The notes: generated by a model from the sequence alone, not told the origin. Numbered from the stretch's first letter, positions 20,642 to 30,420 are shown. The stretch: DNA of 64,000 nt from Dehalococcoidia bacterium (GCA_963580875.1 CAUZMC010000001.1:793-64792); one strand, 5' to 3'. Program-made: numbers and translations.

Positions 20642-21724
20642 GTGACCAAGCGTAAAGTAGTAGTAGCCATGAGCGGAGGAGTTGACTCCTCGGTAGCCGC
20701 CTGCCTGCTGAAATCAGAGGGTTACGACGTGGTTGGCGTGACTATGAAGTTGTGGGACGATGACCAACCAGATACTCCGCGCCATTCCAAGGGATGCTGT
20801 ACCGCTGATGATGTGGAGGATGCTCGGAGAGTGTGCCAGATTATCGGTGCTCCTCACTATGTTATGAATTTCCAACGCGAATTCCAGGCTCACGTGATCG
20901 ATTACTTTGTCAGCGAATACCAGCGCGGTCGTACACCACATCCATGCTTGGCCTGCAATGACAAGATAAAATTCGACTTTCTGATGAATAAGGCGCGTGC
21001 CTTGGACATAGACTATATTGCAACTGGACACTACGCTCGACTCGATTCCTCCACTGGACATCCGCGGCTACTTAGGGGGATAGACCCATTGAAGGATCAG
21101 TCATACGTCCTGTTCAACCTGAGGCCACATCAGGTGCAACACCTCCTTCTGCCTTTGGGTGGGTATTCCAAGGTGGAAATACGTGATATAGCCCGGAATG
21201 CAGGACTGCCAGTGGCTGACAAACCAGATAGCCAGGAGATATGTTTCATTCCATCCAACGACTACCGGTCATTTCTTGCCGAGCGCTCCACGCCAACACC
21301 AGGCGATATAGTTGATACAGACGGGAACGTCCTTGGGAAGCACCAGGGCATTGAGTATTTTACAGTTGGCCAGCGCCGTGGCCTTGGCATTTATGTGCAA
21401 GAACCGATGTTTGTTTTGTCCATTGATATGGAGAGCAACCGAGTCGTGGTAGGGCCTGCTGAGGGGCTTTTCCAAAAAAATCTGTGGGCAAGCGACGTCA
21501 ACTATCTGTCCGGCATTTCTCCTGAGTGTCCAGTAGAGGTTGAGGCCAAGATTAGATATAAATCCTCACAGGCAGTGGCAATGCTCATCCCTCACGACGA
21601 CTGGGCTGAGATTCGCTTTGAGGAGCCTCAACGTGCCATCACTCCAGGTCAGGCCGTAGTTTTCTACCGCGGAGACGAGGTCCTTGGCGGCGGATTCATA
21701 GAGGGGGCCCTGACGGATAAGTGA
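20642..21724 (+). CDS. mnmA: tRNA-specific 2-thiouridylase
   Basis: PP-loop 'VVAMSGGVDSSVAA', plus 'CLACNDKIKF' and 'ATGHYAR'. GTG 20642 with GGAGG 8 nt upstream is preferred over TTG 20627. Confidence 0.92.
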   Translation: MTKRKVVVAMSGGVDSSVAACLLKSEGYDVVGVTMKLWDDDQPDTPRHSKGCCTADDVEDARRVCQIIGAPHYVMNFQREFQAHVIDYFVSEYQRGRTPHPCLACNDKIKFDFLMNKARALDIDYIATGHYARLDSSTGHPRLLRGIDPLKDQSYVLFNLRPHQVQHLLLPLGGYSKVEIRDIARNAGLPVADKPDSQEICFIPSNDYRSFLAERSTPTPGDIVDTDGNVLGKHQGIEYFTVGQRRGLGIYVQEPMFVLSIDMESNRVVVGPAEGLFQKNLWASDVNYLSGISPECPVEVEAKIRYKSSQAVAMLIPHDDWAEIRFEEPQRAITPGQAVVFYRGDEVLGGGFIEGALTDK

Positions 21725-22004
21725 TGCTTGTAGCTAAGCCACCCCGCGTTGTGTCTCAGCTGAGAGTGCTAAATCAATCGCACTAACCAATCCTTGATAA
21801 GAATTTGTTTTCTCTACAATCGTAGTCGTGGAGGCCTCTGCTCTTGGCGCGATCATTGGCGTTGTTTCTCTTTCATCGTTGCTGATACCTTCGTTGTGTT
21901 TCCTTAGTGTCCTTATGTTGATCTAAAATGTATAGTTTGGAGGATACATTCACTCTTCCAAAGCGTTCATTGAAAAATCTCATCACATAAGCTAATATCG
22001 GTAT

Positions 22005-22793
22005 GTGACTACTTCAGAAAATACACCAAAAGTTGGCTCCCAGGAGCAGTTTGGGCGTCAAGCGCGCTTCTACAGCGATAGCGTGGGACATAGTTCTGGG
22101 GAAAGCATTCAGGTGCTTAAGGACTGGGTCGCAAGGGGGCGCTATAAAAAAGCCGCTGACATTGGTACTGGAACAGGCTTCACTGCCGTAGCCCTAGCTC
22201 CGTATACCGAAAGTATTGTGGCTGCCGATATCACTCCGGCCATGCTACGCGAGACTCGTTCTCTGGCTGAACGGAGCGATATTACCAACCTGAGTTGCGT
22301 TCAAGCAGCGGCTGAGGAACTGCCATTCGCTGACGGTTCATTGGATTTGCTAGCCTGCCGTATAGCGGCACACCATTTCTTGGACTTAAATAAAGCTGTT
22401 GCGGAATGGCACCGTGTCTTGGCACCAGAGTCGGTGTTGATTTTGGCGGATACGACGTCTCCTGAGGATGCTGTAAGCGCCACTTGGATGAACGATGTTG
22501 AGGAACGGCGAGACCCAAGTCATATACTCAATCTGTCACCGTCCGAATGGCTAGCGCTATTGGATGACAACGGCTTTGAGACAACGGACAGCACAATTAC
22601 CTTGGTGCCACTTGATTTTGATGATTGGGTGCGCCGTTCTGGTACACCTCAATCTGTGATAGATGGCCTTCGCAACGATATTCTGAACGCTTCTCCTGCG
22701 GCTGTAGAAGCGTTCGATATACGCAAGGACGATACCGGGATCATTAATTTCCACTGGAGTTGCGTTGTCATCCGGGCGATCCGGCGCGTATAG
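22005..22793 (+). CDS. Class I SAM-dependent methyltransferase
   Basis: Motif I 'AADIGTGTGFTA' and post-I/II 'LPFADGSLDLLACRIAAHHF' (Methyltransf_11-like). GTG start. The substrate is unknown. Confidence 0.8.
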   Translation: MTTSENTPKVGSQEQFGRQARFYSDSVGHSSGESIQVLKDWVARGRYKKAADIGTGTGFTAVALAPYTESIVAADITPAMLRETRSLAERSDITNLSCVQAAAEELPFADGSLDLLACRIAAHHFLDLNKAVAEWHRVLAPESVLILADTTSPEDAVSATWMNDVEERRDPSHILNLSPSEWLALLDDNGFETTDSTITLVPLDFDDWVRRSGTPQSVIDGLRNDILNASPAAVEAFDIRKDDTGIINFHWSCVVIRAIRRV

Positions 22794-22818
22794 GGACTCA
22801 CAGTCCGACTGGCGTAAA

Positions 22819-23544
22819 ATGGGAGCCCAATTCACACCACCGACCTTTGTCGAAGAGTCGGTTCTGCACAGGCTAGGATATAACCTTATTGCAGGTATAG
22901 ATGAGGCTGGCCGAGGCCCACTTGCTGGGCCGGTGGTTGCAGGTGCTGTAATCTTCCCAGATGGCTTCAACCAACAGTGGCTGAACGGCATACGCGATAG
23001 TAAACAACTCAGTCCCGGTCGACGTGAGACCCTGTTCTCATGTATACAGGAATCTGGAATAGCCTGGGGGGTGGGAATTGTCTCTTCTCAGGATATTGAT
23101 TCTTTGGGAATAGTGCCAGCCACCAGAAAAGCAATGATACTGGCCATGCATAATCTCCCTGAGCGTCCTGACTTTCTTCTCATAGATGCTCTACCTATTG
23201 CACAAAGTGGGATGCCATTCAAAGCTATTGTCAAGGGTGATCAGCGTAGTCTATCGATAGCTGCAGCATCAATCGTTGCCAAAGTCACACGCGACAGGAT
23301 AATGGTAGAAGAAAATGTGATATACCCTGGCTACGATTTCGCTGTTCACAAAGGATATCCTACGAGAGCACATATCGAGAACCTTCAGAGACTTGGCCCC
23401 TGTCAGATTCATCGCCGTTCCTTTTCTCCTGTCAGATCACTGGTTGAGAGTGACATAGCCAGAGCGCTCGAAATAAGAAACTGGGTGGCATTGGAGAAAA
23501 ACCGCCAGAGGACATATAAAAAGAACGTAGTTGAAGGGTTTTGA
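22819..23544 (+). CDS. rnhB: Ribonuclease HII (with an unusual C-terminal extension)
   Basis: Motifs 'IAGIDEAGRGPLAGPVV', 'DSKQLS' and 'IDA....' are present. Trimmed to ATG 22819. The last ~25 aa are not RNase HII-like and overlap a YraN-like remnant. Confidence 0.88.
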   Translation: MGAQFTPPTFVEESVLHRLGYNLIAGIDEAGRGPLAGPVVAGAVIFPDGFNQQWLNGIRDSKQLSPGRRETLFSCIQESGIAWGVGIVSSQDIDSLGIVPATRKAMILAMHNLPERPDFLLIDALPIAQSGMPFKAIVKGDQRSLSIAAASIVAKVTRDRIMVEENVIYPGYDFAVHKGYPTRAHIENLQRLGPCQIHRRSFSPVRSLVESDIARALEIRNWVALEKNRQRTYKKNVVEGF

Positions 23545-23806
23545 CAATAATTCCAGTTATGATTACGGAGAAGTGAACATTATTGTGTTGGATGATGATT
23601 GTATTGTGTTTCTGGAGGTAAAAATAAGTAGTAGTAATGACATTGGCTCGCTTGAGGAGTCGATTATTCCCGGCAAAGTGCAAAACTGATTGCCACAACC
23701 GAGATACACTTCTTACCCTCCGCCCAAATTACTGATAGACATGGTTGTTGTGGATGTGGTCACATGGGTCAATATAATCAGGAGGGAACGTACCCAGAAC
23801 GTGTAA
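23531..23806 (+). pseudogene. YraN/UPF0102-like endonuclease remnant, frame-disrupted
   Basis: Frame 2 (TTG 23531 to TGA 23689) reads 'KGFDNNSSYDYGEVNIIVLDDDCIVFLEVK...', which is the YraN core (GEIDII....VFVEVK) with the catalytic Asp replaced by Asn. The next conserved block ('SAKLIATTEIHFL') is in another frame, and the 'IDMVVVDVV' block is back in frame 2. At least two frame changes are needed to read through. Confidence 0.5.
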
Positions 23807-23880
23807 TCTGCTGTGAGAAAACCAGGTTTACCAGTGTACTCCCAGTGTGTTAGAATCCCTCCTACTTAGGGAGAATCATC

Positions 23881-24228
23881 ATGCCTATTTACGAATATCG
23901 TTGTCAGAGTTGTAAACGGAAATTCTCCATGCTAAATCGCAGCTTTTCCGAAATTAAAGAGCCTCTTTGCACTAACTGCGGCACTGTAGGAGGCACGCGT
24001 CTCATTTCCCAGGTGGCGGTAATTAGAGATGAAGGCGATTTCATGAGCGGTATGCCATCATGGGACTCCATGAGCGACTTCAATGAAGACGATCCACGGA
24101 ACGTTGCCGATATGCTGAGAAGAATGAAGGACGAAACAGGCGATGACATAGGACCTGAGGGTGAAGAGTTGCTGGCGCAAATGGATGCAGGGCAGATGAT
24201 GGCAGATGATGCAGATTTCGGTTTCTAG
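23881..24228 (+). CDS. FmdB-family zinc-ribbon protein
   Basis: The N-terminus 'MPIYEYRCQSCKRKF....CTNCG' is the CxxC...CxxC FmdB/Zn-ribbon signature. The C-terminal half is acidic. Confidence 0.8.
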   Translation: MPIYEYRCQSCKRKFSMLNRSFSEIKEPLCTNCGTVGGTRLISQVAVIRDEGDFMSGMPSWDSMSDFNEDDPRNVADMLRRMKDETGDDIGPEGEELLAQMDAGQMMADDADFGF

Positions 24229-24259
24229 GCATTGTAGCCAGATAGGTTCTTTTTGAAAT

Positions 24260-24928
24260 ATGGACCTCCCTATTAAGCAGAGAATAGCTCAAAATATCAA
24301 AGGCCTCTACGTCATTGTAGATGTCCAGTTTGCCAAGGGTAAGGACATTGTGGAATTGACTCAGTCTGTCCTTAAGGGTGGAGCACAGGTTATACAACTA
24401 CGGGATAAACTGCACGACAAGGGAGATGTGTTGCCAGTTGCTCGTCGCATTCGTGACCTGTGTGAACAGCATGGTGCCATATTTATCATCAATGACCATG
24501 CCGACCTGGCCGTTGCTTGCGATGCTCATGGCTTGCACCTAGGTCAGCACGACCTGCCGATAAAAGAAGCCAGGGCCATTCTGCGTCCCCACCAGATTAT
24601 AGGAAAATCGAATGCTTTCTTGGATGAGGCATTGGATTCAGAGGGGCAAGGAGCTGATTACCTAGCAATAGGTACCATATTCCCAACAAACACGAAGGAA
24701 AATGCCAGACCTGCTGGCCTTCAGACTTTGGAACATGTGAAGCCAATGGTCTCAGTCCCAATTGTGGCCATTGGTGGCATAAACAAACACAACGTTACAC
24801 AGGTGATGCAGGCAGGAGCAGACTCCGTGTGTGTCATATCAGCGGTGATCGGCGACCCAAATCCAGAAGAGGCCGCTCGGCGATTGATAGATGCCATGGG
24901 TGGTTCGCCACTCACTAAGAGCAGTTGA
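24260..24928 (+). CDS. thiE: Thiamine-phosphate synthase
   Basis: Motifs 'LYVIVD', 'VIQLRDK', 'INDHADLA', 'GLHLGQHDLP' and 'VAIGGI'. Confidence 0.9.
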   Translation: MDLPIKQRIAQNIKGLYVIVDVQFAKGKDIVELTQSVLKGGAQVIQLRDKLHDKGDVLPVARRIRDLCEQHGAIFIINDHADLAVACDAHGLHLGQHDLPIKEARAILRPHQIIGKSNAFLDEALDSEGQGADYLAIGTIFPTNTKENARPAGLQTLEHVKPMVSVPIVAIGGINKHNVTQVMQAGADSVCVISAVIGDPNPEEAARRLIDAMGGSPLTKSS

Positions 24929-25004
24929 AGTCCACATGTATTTGAGATACCATTAAAGTGAAAGAAATCGCAATCTATTTTAAACCTGTTTATCAGGAGT
25001 ACCT

Positions 25005-25484
25005 ATGAGCGAGTCTGAACCAGGTCCTTTGCCGGAACCATATGCCCTTCCAGAGCCAGTTGAAGAGAGATCTGTGCTTGCACACAGGGGTAAACTTCTT
25101 GTTGCGGTTGGCGTTTTTGTTTTAGCACTGGGATACTTTGGATTCACAGCTTTTCAGGGAGCCAGCGCCTACTATCTCACGGTGGGTGAGTTGATGGCTA
25201 AAGGTGACTCAGCTTACGACACGAACCTGAGAGTCAACGGCAAACTGGTGCCGGATTCCTTTGAACGTGACGAGAACGGGACACTCATACACTTTTCGCT
25301 CATAGATGCCGAAGGCACGGAAACAATCAGTGCTGTGCACAATGGACTTGTGCCGGATCTGTTCTTCAACGAACATTCTGAGATACTGCTCGAGGGGACG
25401 TACGACTCAAGCGGCCTCTTTGATGCTCAGGCAATTATTGTCAAATGCCCCTCCAAATATCAGGCCGCTGAAGAAACTATCTGA
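25005..25484 (+). CDS. ccmE: Cytochrome c maturation haem chaperone CcmE, CxxxY variant
   Basis: One TM helix followed by the OB-fold region 'LRVNGKLVPDSFERD...LIHFSLIDAEG...VPDLFFNEHSEILLEG', which is collinear with E. coli CcmE. The haem-binding 'HDENY' position reads 'CPSKY'. Confidence 0.8.
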   Translation: MSESEPGPLPEPYALPEPVEERSVLAHRGKLLVAVGVFVLALGYFGFTAFQGASAYYLTVGELMAKGDSAYDTNLRVNGKLVPDSFERDENGTLIHFSLIDAEGTETISAVHNGLVPDLFFNEHSEILLEGTYDSSGLFDAQAIIVKCPSKYQAAEETI

Positions 25485-25763
25485 CTACCGGCGACATATG
25501 GCGACTGGTATTTAAGCGTACCTGAATTACATGTCCTAGTCTCAATACATTAGGGTCGTGATCGTAATTTGAGACATCTAGGAATTGTCCAATACTAAGG
25601 CAGCCGATTACCTTGGTGCCATCGTATCTTCTCTAGAGGAGCGGCTTCGTTGTGGTATGGTTTTTGTGCAAACAACTGGGAAATTATATAAAACTCTCAG
25701 TTGAATTAGAGCCTTGCTGACTGTTTAACGTATTAGAGATAGACTGACACTATTACGAACGAG

Positions 25764-25806
25764 AAAAGAAAGAACGCTCCTCAATATGAGGAGCGTTCTT
25801 TCTTTT
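25764..25806. terminator. Bidirectional hairpin terminator (korAB on the minus strand, ccmE side on the plus strand)
   Basis: Perfect 19-bp stem (25764-25782 pairs with 25788-25806) with a 5-nt loop. The arms are A-rich and T-rich, so either transcript ends in a U-rich tail. It lies 27 nt beyond the korB stop. Confidence 0.65.
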
Positions 25807-25832
25807 AAACTTGGTTTTGTACGGGCTGTATG

Positions 25833-26699
25833 CTAAATCTTAAAGGTTGCCAACTGTTGGTCAAGGGTTCGTGGGGAGGCTTTTTGTCTCATTCCCGCCA
25901 CTCGTTGATCCAATGGCTCTGAGTCTGGCCTCTGATATATGATACCAAGAGGTACACCACTTTGTTGAAGCAGTCCATAAGCGGCCTGTCTGTCAGATGC
26001 ATCATGATCTTTAGGCACATCCCAAGCGATAGAATCAATGCCTTTTTTCTCATTTCCCTTCAGCTGATCGTAGTTATCATTGTACGTGGTGCAGGGGGAT
26101 TGCACGTGAACAACGGAAAAGCCAGGGTGTTTCATGCCTTCGTTTATTAGGATGGCCAACTCTCTAGTTTTGCTGGAGAAGCCAGAGGCTACGAAGCTAA
26201 CTCCTAATGTCAGATACAACTCAAGAGGATTCACGGGGTTTTCTAATTTGCCGTAGGGGGTTGTTGGTGTAATCACTCCCAGTTCCGTGGTTGGTGAGCT
26301 TTGTCCCTTGGTCAGTCCATATACTCCGTTATCCATGACAATTGCAGTCACGTTCAGGTTTCTCTGTGCCTGGGGTGAAATATGTTCCGCTCCGATACTC
26401 AAGAAGTCGCCGTCTCCAGAAACCACAACTACATTCAGGTCTGGATTTGACATTTTGATTCCAAATGAGAAAGGTAGTGTCCTGCCGTGAAGTCCGTGGA
26501 TACCAAAGGGTTGGTCACCATCCAACAGGTGTACCAAGTTCCCAGAGCAACCAATGCCTGCCACCACTACTGTGTTGGCCATAGGCATCTCCAATTCTAT
26601 GTTACGCCTTTCAACTCCAAGCTCCAGCGCTCTTTTTACGCCGAAGTCTCCACAGCCTGGGCACCACTTAAAATCGTACTCGGGATTTTTCTTGCTCAT
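25833..26699 (-). CDS. korB: 2-oxoacid:ferredoxin oxidoreductase, beta (TPP-binding) subunit
   Basis: Motifs 'WCPGCGDFG' and 'GDGD..SIGAEH' (TPP motif). A 4-nt overlap links it to the alpha-subunit gene. Confidence 0.9.
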   Translation of the reverse strand: MSKKNPEYDFKWCPGCGDFGVKRALELGVERRNIELEMPMANTVVVAGIGCSGNLVHLLDGDQPFGIHGLHGRTLPFSFGIKMSNPDLNVVVVSGDGDFLSIGAEHISPQAQRNLNVTAIVMDNGVYGLTKGQSSPTTELGVITPTTPYGKLENPVNPLELYLTLGVSFVASGFSSKTRELAILINEGMKHPGFSVVHVQSPCTTYNDNYDQLKGNEKKGIDSIAWDVPKDHDASDRQAAYGLLQQSGVPLGIIYQRPDSEPLDQRVAGMRQKASPRTLDQQLATFKI

Positions 26700-28411
26700 A
26701 CCTTCACCAGGTCCTTTTCATGTGTTTGAATTTTGTCTGTTATCATTGTTATAAGATCTTTAACTTTGAATGGTGTACCCGTGTATTGGGTAATGGACTC
26801 CGCCTTCACTCCTTTGGCACGTAGAAGGCTGGAGAATTGTCCAAGGTAGTTCAACTCTGGTACCAAGACCAGTTCTTTTTTCTTAAGTTCCTCCAACAGC
26901 TTTGGTGGTAGAGGGTTGAGTTGCATAGTGTAGTACCATCCCACTTGCTGTCCCTGCTCAGCCATCCGGTCATATGCTTCCCGTGTCGAGCCTTTTGAAC
27001 CGCCCCAGGTCATGATTGCTATTGGAGAATCAGTGTTCTCGCGTTCGTAGTTGTCGTCTTCCAGTAGCTTCAGTTTTCCGAAGCGGCGCTCAGTCATCTC
27101 AACGTGCCGACTGGCGAGGTGGGTGGTGTCTCCCATGCCATCGTGTTCGCTACCGTTTGCCACGTAGGCACCAGGCCCTCCAGGTATTGGCATGGGTGAT
27201 AGTTCAGCGCCAGCGTACCGTTCGTATCCGTTCTGGCCTTGGTAGGTCTTTCTTCTCTCATCCACCACTTTATTTACGTCTGGTATCGGAATGTTCTGTG
27301 CTTGCTCAGATAGAGCATGATCGCTGAGCAAAATCACTGGCCCTTGGTATCGCTCGGCCCAGTTGAGTGCCAAGGCGCCCCCATAGAAGCATTCCTCAAC
27401 AGTGCCAACCGCAATAACCGGCACGCTGACGTCGCCGTGTGCAGGATGTATTGCAGTAAGTAGGTCTGATTGTTCTACCTTTGTGGGTAGTCCAGTAGCT
27501 GGGCCACCTCTTTGCACATTCACTATCACCGCTGGGATCTCGGCCATCCACGCTAGGCCAATTCCCTCGCTCATCAGGCTGAAACCAGGGCCGGCTGTGG
27601 AAGTCATGGCTTTCTTTCCAGCGAAACCTGCTCCGACTATGGAGGTAATGGACTCTATTTCAGAACTGGCTTGATAGACAAACTTGCCAGGACCTGTCAG
27701 GTTTCGTTCCATATACACGAGAATGGTTGTGGCTGGCGATATTGGATAACCTATAAAGGTATCAAGCCCAGCTGCTATGGCTCCAATAGATATGGCGTCA
27801 TTGCCCTTGATCATGATTTGTTCGCCTTCAGGTGGCTGGGGGACTTCCATCTCGCCAAGACTGAAGCCGCTTTTCTTGGCCTCTTCCCTACCCAGCGCAA
27901 GGGCCAATATATTGCCCTTTATGATCTCTTCGTCACCGGGGCGACCACGTGTGAATCTCTTTGTGACGAACTCAGGTAGGTAGTGCTCCGGCATGTTTAC
28001 CAGGTTGGCTATGGCACCTAGGATTACCATATTGGCGGCTCGCGCGTTCCCGCTCGATTTCGCCAGTTCGTCTATGCGCATTCCAAAGCTCTTTCCATCT
28101 TCTTCCAATTGGAAATCTTCAGAGTTGTATATTATTACACCGCCGTCTCTAACTTCCGACTGGTGGGTGTTATATGCCTCACGGTCAAAGGCAACAAGCA
28201 CATCCAGTTCATCGCCGTAACTCAAGACTGGCGCAGTGGAGATACGTGCTTGTGCGAATGTGGGGCCTCCCATAATTTGAGACGGGAAAGTAACGTACGT
28301 TTTTACGTGGTAACCTACTTGAGCGGTTACTTGAGCTAGCAACTCAGCAGATGTCACGAGACCGCCGCCTCCCTCACCCGCGAATCGTACAACGAAATCT
28401 TTATTGGCCAT
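26696..28411 (-). CDS. korA: 2-oxoacid:ferredoxin oxidoreductase, alpha subunit (fused gamma-alpha type)
   Basis: 571 aa. The N-terminal gamma-like 'RFAGEGGGGLVTSAELLA' is followed by the alpha-domain 'GYPISPAT'. Confidence 0.88.
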   Translation of the reverse strand: MANKDFVVRFAGEGGGGLVTSAELLAQVTAQVGYHVKTYVTFPSQIMGGPTFAQARISTAPVLSYGDELDVLVAFDREAYNTHQSEVRDGGVIIYNSEDFQLEEDGKSFGMRIDELAKSSGNARAANMVILGAIANLVNMPEHYLPEFVTKRFTRGRPGDEEIIKGNILALALGREEAKKSGFSLGEMEVPQPPEGEQIMIKGNDAISIGAIAAGLDTFIGYPISPATTILVYMERNLTGPGKFVYQASSEIESITSIVGAGFAGKKAMTSTAGPGFSLMSEGIGLAWMAEIPAVIVNVQRGGPATGLPTKVEQSDLLTAIHPAHGDVSVPVIAVGTVEECFYGGALALNWAERYQGPVILLSDHALSEQAQNIPIPDVNKVVDERRKTYQGQNGYERYAGAELSPMPIPGGPGAYVANGSEHDGMGDTTHLASRHVEMTERRFGKLKLLEDDNYERENTDSPIAIMTWGGSKGSTREAYDRMAEQGQQVGWYYTMQLNPLPPKLLEELKKKELVLVPELNYLGQFSSLLRAKGVKAESITQYTGTPFKVKDLITMITDKIQTHEKDLVKV

Positions 28412-29216
28412 CTATTCCCTTTCCTGTGGTATCAATGTTCTAGCGCTTTGGTTGTCAGCTCGCTCCAAGACGCGAGGATTTCTTGTAAAAAGAAACAGAT
28501 ATGGTGATTAAAATAAAGATGCCTCTCCTCCGCCACGCGTCCTATCAGTAAGATACTGTTGTCGCTCATCAACAAGAAGGCACCACCCTAATGAATGCTA
28601 ATTAAGGAACCATTTTCTGCAGACTGGCTCCTGCACTCCAGTTTCGACCTTTTCTACTCGATAATGACTATATCATTCGCTTTTGATTGATGTCAATAAC
28701 GGTTCATGTCTGTTTATATCGTGCGAAATTTCACAAATCGTTGCAGCTACGGTGCCGAAATAACTAATATCGGCCGTTATATTGTGTAAATTGTATATTT
28801 CAATAAGTTGTATGTGCTATGTGGGATGGGAAATGACGAAGGGACGCCATGCATGAACGTAAATCGGCTTGGCCCCTATTGAATGGTAAAGAGATAACTT
28901 TCCAGGGTACTTATTTTCTGCGGCTGAATTTCGTGCTCGTAAATATGTCCATTCCATGTACCGCGTACCGCGTTGAACACGGCTCTACTGGAGGAGGCTT
29001 TTGCTATTACTAGTAACCATTATAAAATAAAGCCAAGTTGAGTGATAGGTTTCATATATCATTGTAATAGTTAAAGCTGTTCTTGAATTATACCTTGTAT
29101 TGAGTATACTAATAGAAAATAGGGCATTTGATATCTTAGGATCTGAGTGCACTTCAGAATGTAGTTATATTTAGTTGGGTTGATGTTTCTGTGAGAAATT
29201 GGCAATTGGAGGAGCG

Positions 29217-30353
29217 ATGACAACCGAAATAGAGATTAAAAGAGGTCTACAGGGCGTCTATATTGACAAGAGTCAATCTAGTTTCATTGACGGCAATATA
29301 GGGAAGCTGCTTTATCGTGGATATTCGATCCATGATCTGTCTGAAAAATCTACCTTTGAAGAAACAGTATACCTTCTTCTATATGGAAAGCTTCCAAACA
29401 GAAAAGAGTTGAGTGATTTTGATATTCAACTTCGTGCAAACCGCTCCATAGCGCCTGAGATCATGCAGATCATACGATTGGTCAAGGATGCTCACCCAAT
29501 GGATGTTCTGCGGACTGCAGTGTCTGCACTGGCTGCCTATGACCCAGATGTAGCAGATAACTCCCCAGAGGCTACTCTCCGCAAGGGGGTCAGGCTTACC
29601 GCTCAGGCACCTACCATAGTTACGGCTCATGCCCGAATAAAAGACGGGAAAGAACCAGTGGAACCCAACTCCAATCTTAACCAGGCTGCCAACTTTTTAT
29701 ATATGCTCTTTGGTAAGGAACCTACCCAAGAAGAGGCCCGGCTCATGGAGAAGGACTTCATACTCCATGCCGAGCATGGAATCAACGCCTCAGCCTTTGC
29801 CGCCAGAGTGGCGGCCAGTACAATCTCTGACCTTCATTCAGCCATTGTGGCCGGTATCGGCACTCTGAAGGGGCCGTCTCACGGAGGAGCTGCTGAAGAG
29901 GTAATGCAGATGGCTCTAGAGATAGGTGAAGAGAGCAACGCGGAGAAATACACACGTGATATATTGGATAGCGGCGGTAAGGTAATGGGTTTCGGTCATC
30001 GTGTATATAAGGTTGAAGACCCAAGGGCTCCTCACCTGCAGACAGAATGTAAGGCCTTGGGAGAACAGAAGGGCCAGCCCAAGTGGTTCCGCATCCTCAG
30101 TAAAGTGGCTGAGGTAATGGAGCCATATGCGTCCCGTGGAATATGTCCCAACGTGGATTTCTGGGCTGGGACTATGTACCATCTCATGGATATTCCTAAA
30201 GAGATTTTTATTTCCATCTTTGCAATGGGCCGTATTCCAGGCTGGACGGTGCAGGTTATGGAACAGCATGCAAACAACATACTTCTGCGTCCTCTGCTTC
30301 TGTACGATGGCCCAATGGACGTGGAGTATGTGCCAATTGACGAGCGCGAATAG
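29217..30353 (+). CDS. Citrate synthase (short, ~380-aa type)
   Basis: Motifs 'ILHAEHGINASAF', 'GPSHGGA' and 'GFGHRVYKVEDPR'. ATG 29217 with GGAGGAG just upstream is preferred over TTG 29199. Confidence 0.92.
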   Translation: MTTEIEIKRGLQGVYIDKSQSSFIDGNIGKLLYRGYSIHDLSEKSTFEETVYLLLYGKLPNRKELSDFDIQLRANRSIAPEIMQIIRLVKDAHPMDVLRTAVSALAAYDPDVADNSPEATLRKGVRLTAQAPTIVTAHARIKDGKEPVEPNSNLNQAANFLYMLFGKEPTQEEARLMEKDFILHAEHGINASAFAARVAASTISDLHSAIVAGIGTLKGPSHGGAAEEVMQMALEIGEESNAEKYTRDILDSGGKVMGFGHRVYKVEDPRAPHLQTECKALGEQKGQPKWFRILSKVAEVMEPYASRGICPNVDFWAGTMYHLMDIPKEIFISIFAMGRIPGWTVQVMEQHANNILLRPLLLYDGPMDVEYVPIDERE

Positions 30354-30381
30354 CTTCAAGCTACGTAACAGCTGATAAATC

Positions 30382-30420
30382 GCAAAGGGACGCTCTTGAC
30401 TAGGAGCGTCCCTTTGCTTT
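30382..30420 (+). terminator. Hairpin terminator after citrate synthase
   Basis: GCAAAGGGACGCTC (30382-30395) pairs with GAGCGTCCCTTTGC (30404-30417) and is followed by TTT. Confidence 0.6.

Noticed and set aside
24229-24259. TPP riboswitch upstream of thiE; thiL and the sodN-thiD spacer 63062-63240 were checked as well.
   Set aside because: The spacers are too short or lack the CTGAGA...ACCTGATCTGGATAATGCCAGCG-type core. The thiD leader lies outside the window.
28849-29013. 54-codon ORF (MHERKSAWPLLNGKEITFQGTYFLRLNF...GGGFCYY) inside the korA/citrate synthase intergenic region, considered as a small protein or RiPP precursor.
   Set aside because: The SD is weak, no family motif is present, no modification-enzyme genes are adjacent, and the composition is not distinguishable from chance in AT-rich DNA. 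It is mentioned only so it can be checked against ribosome-profiling data.
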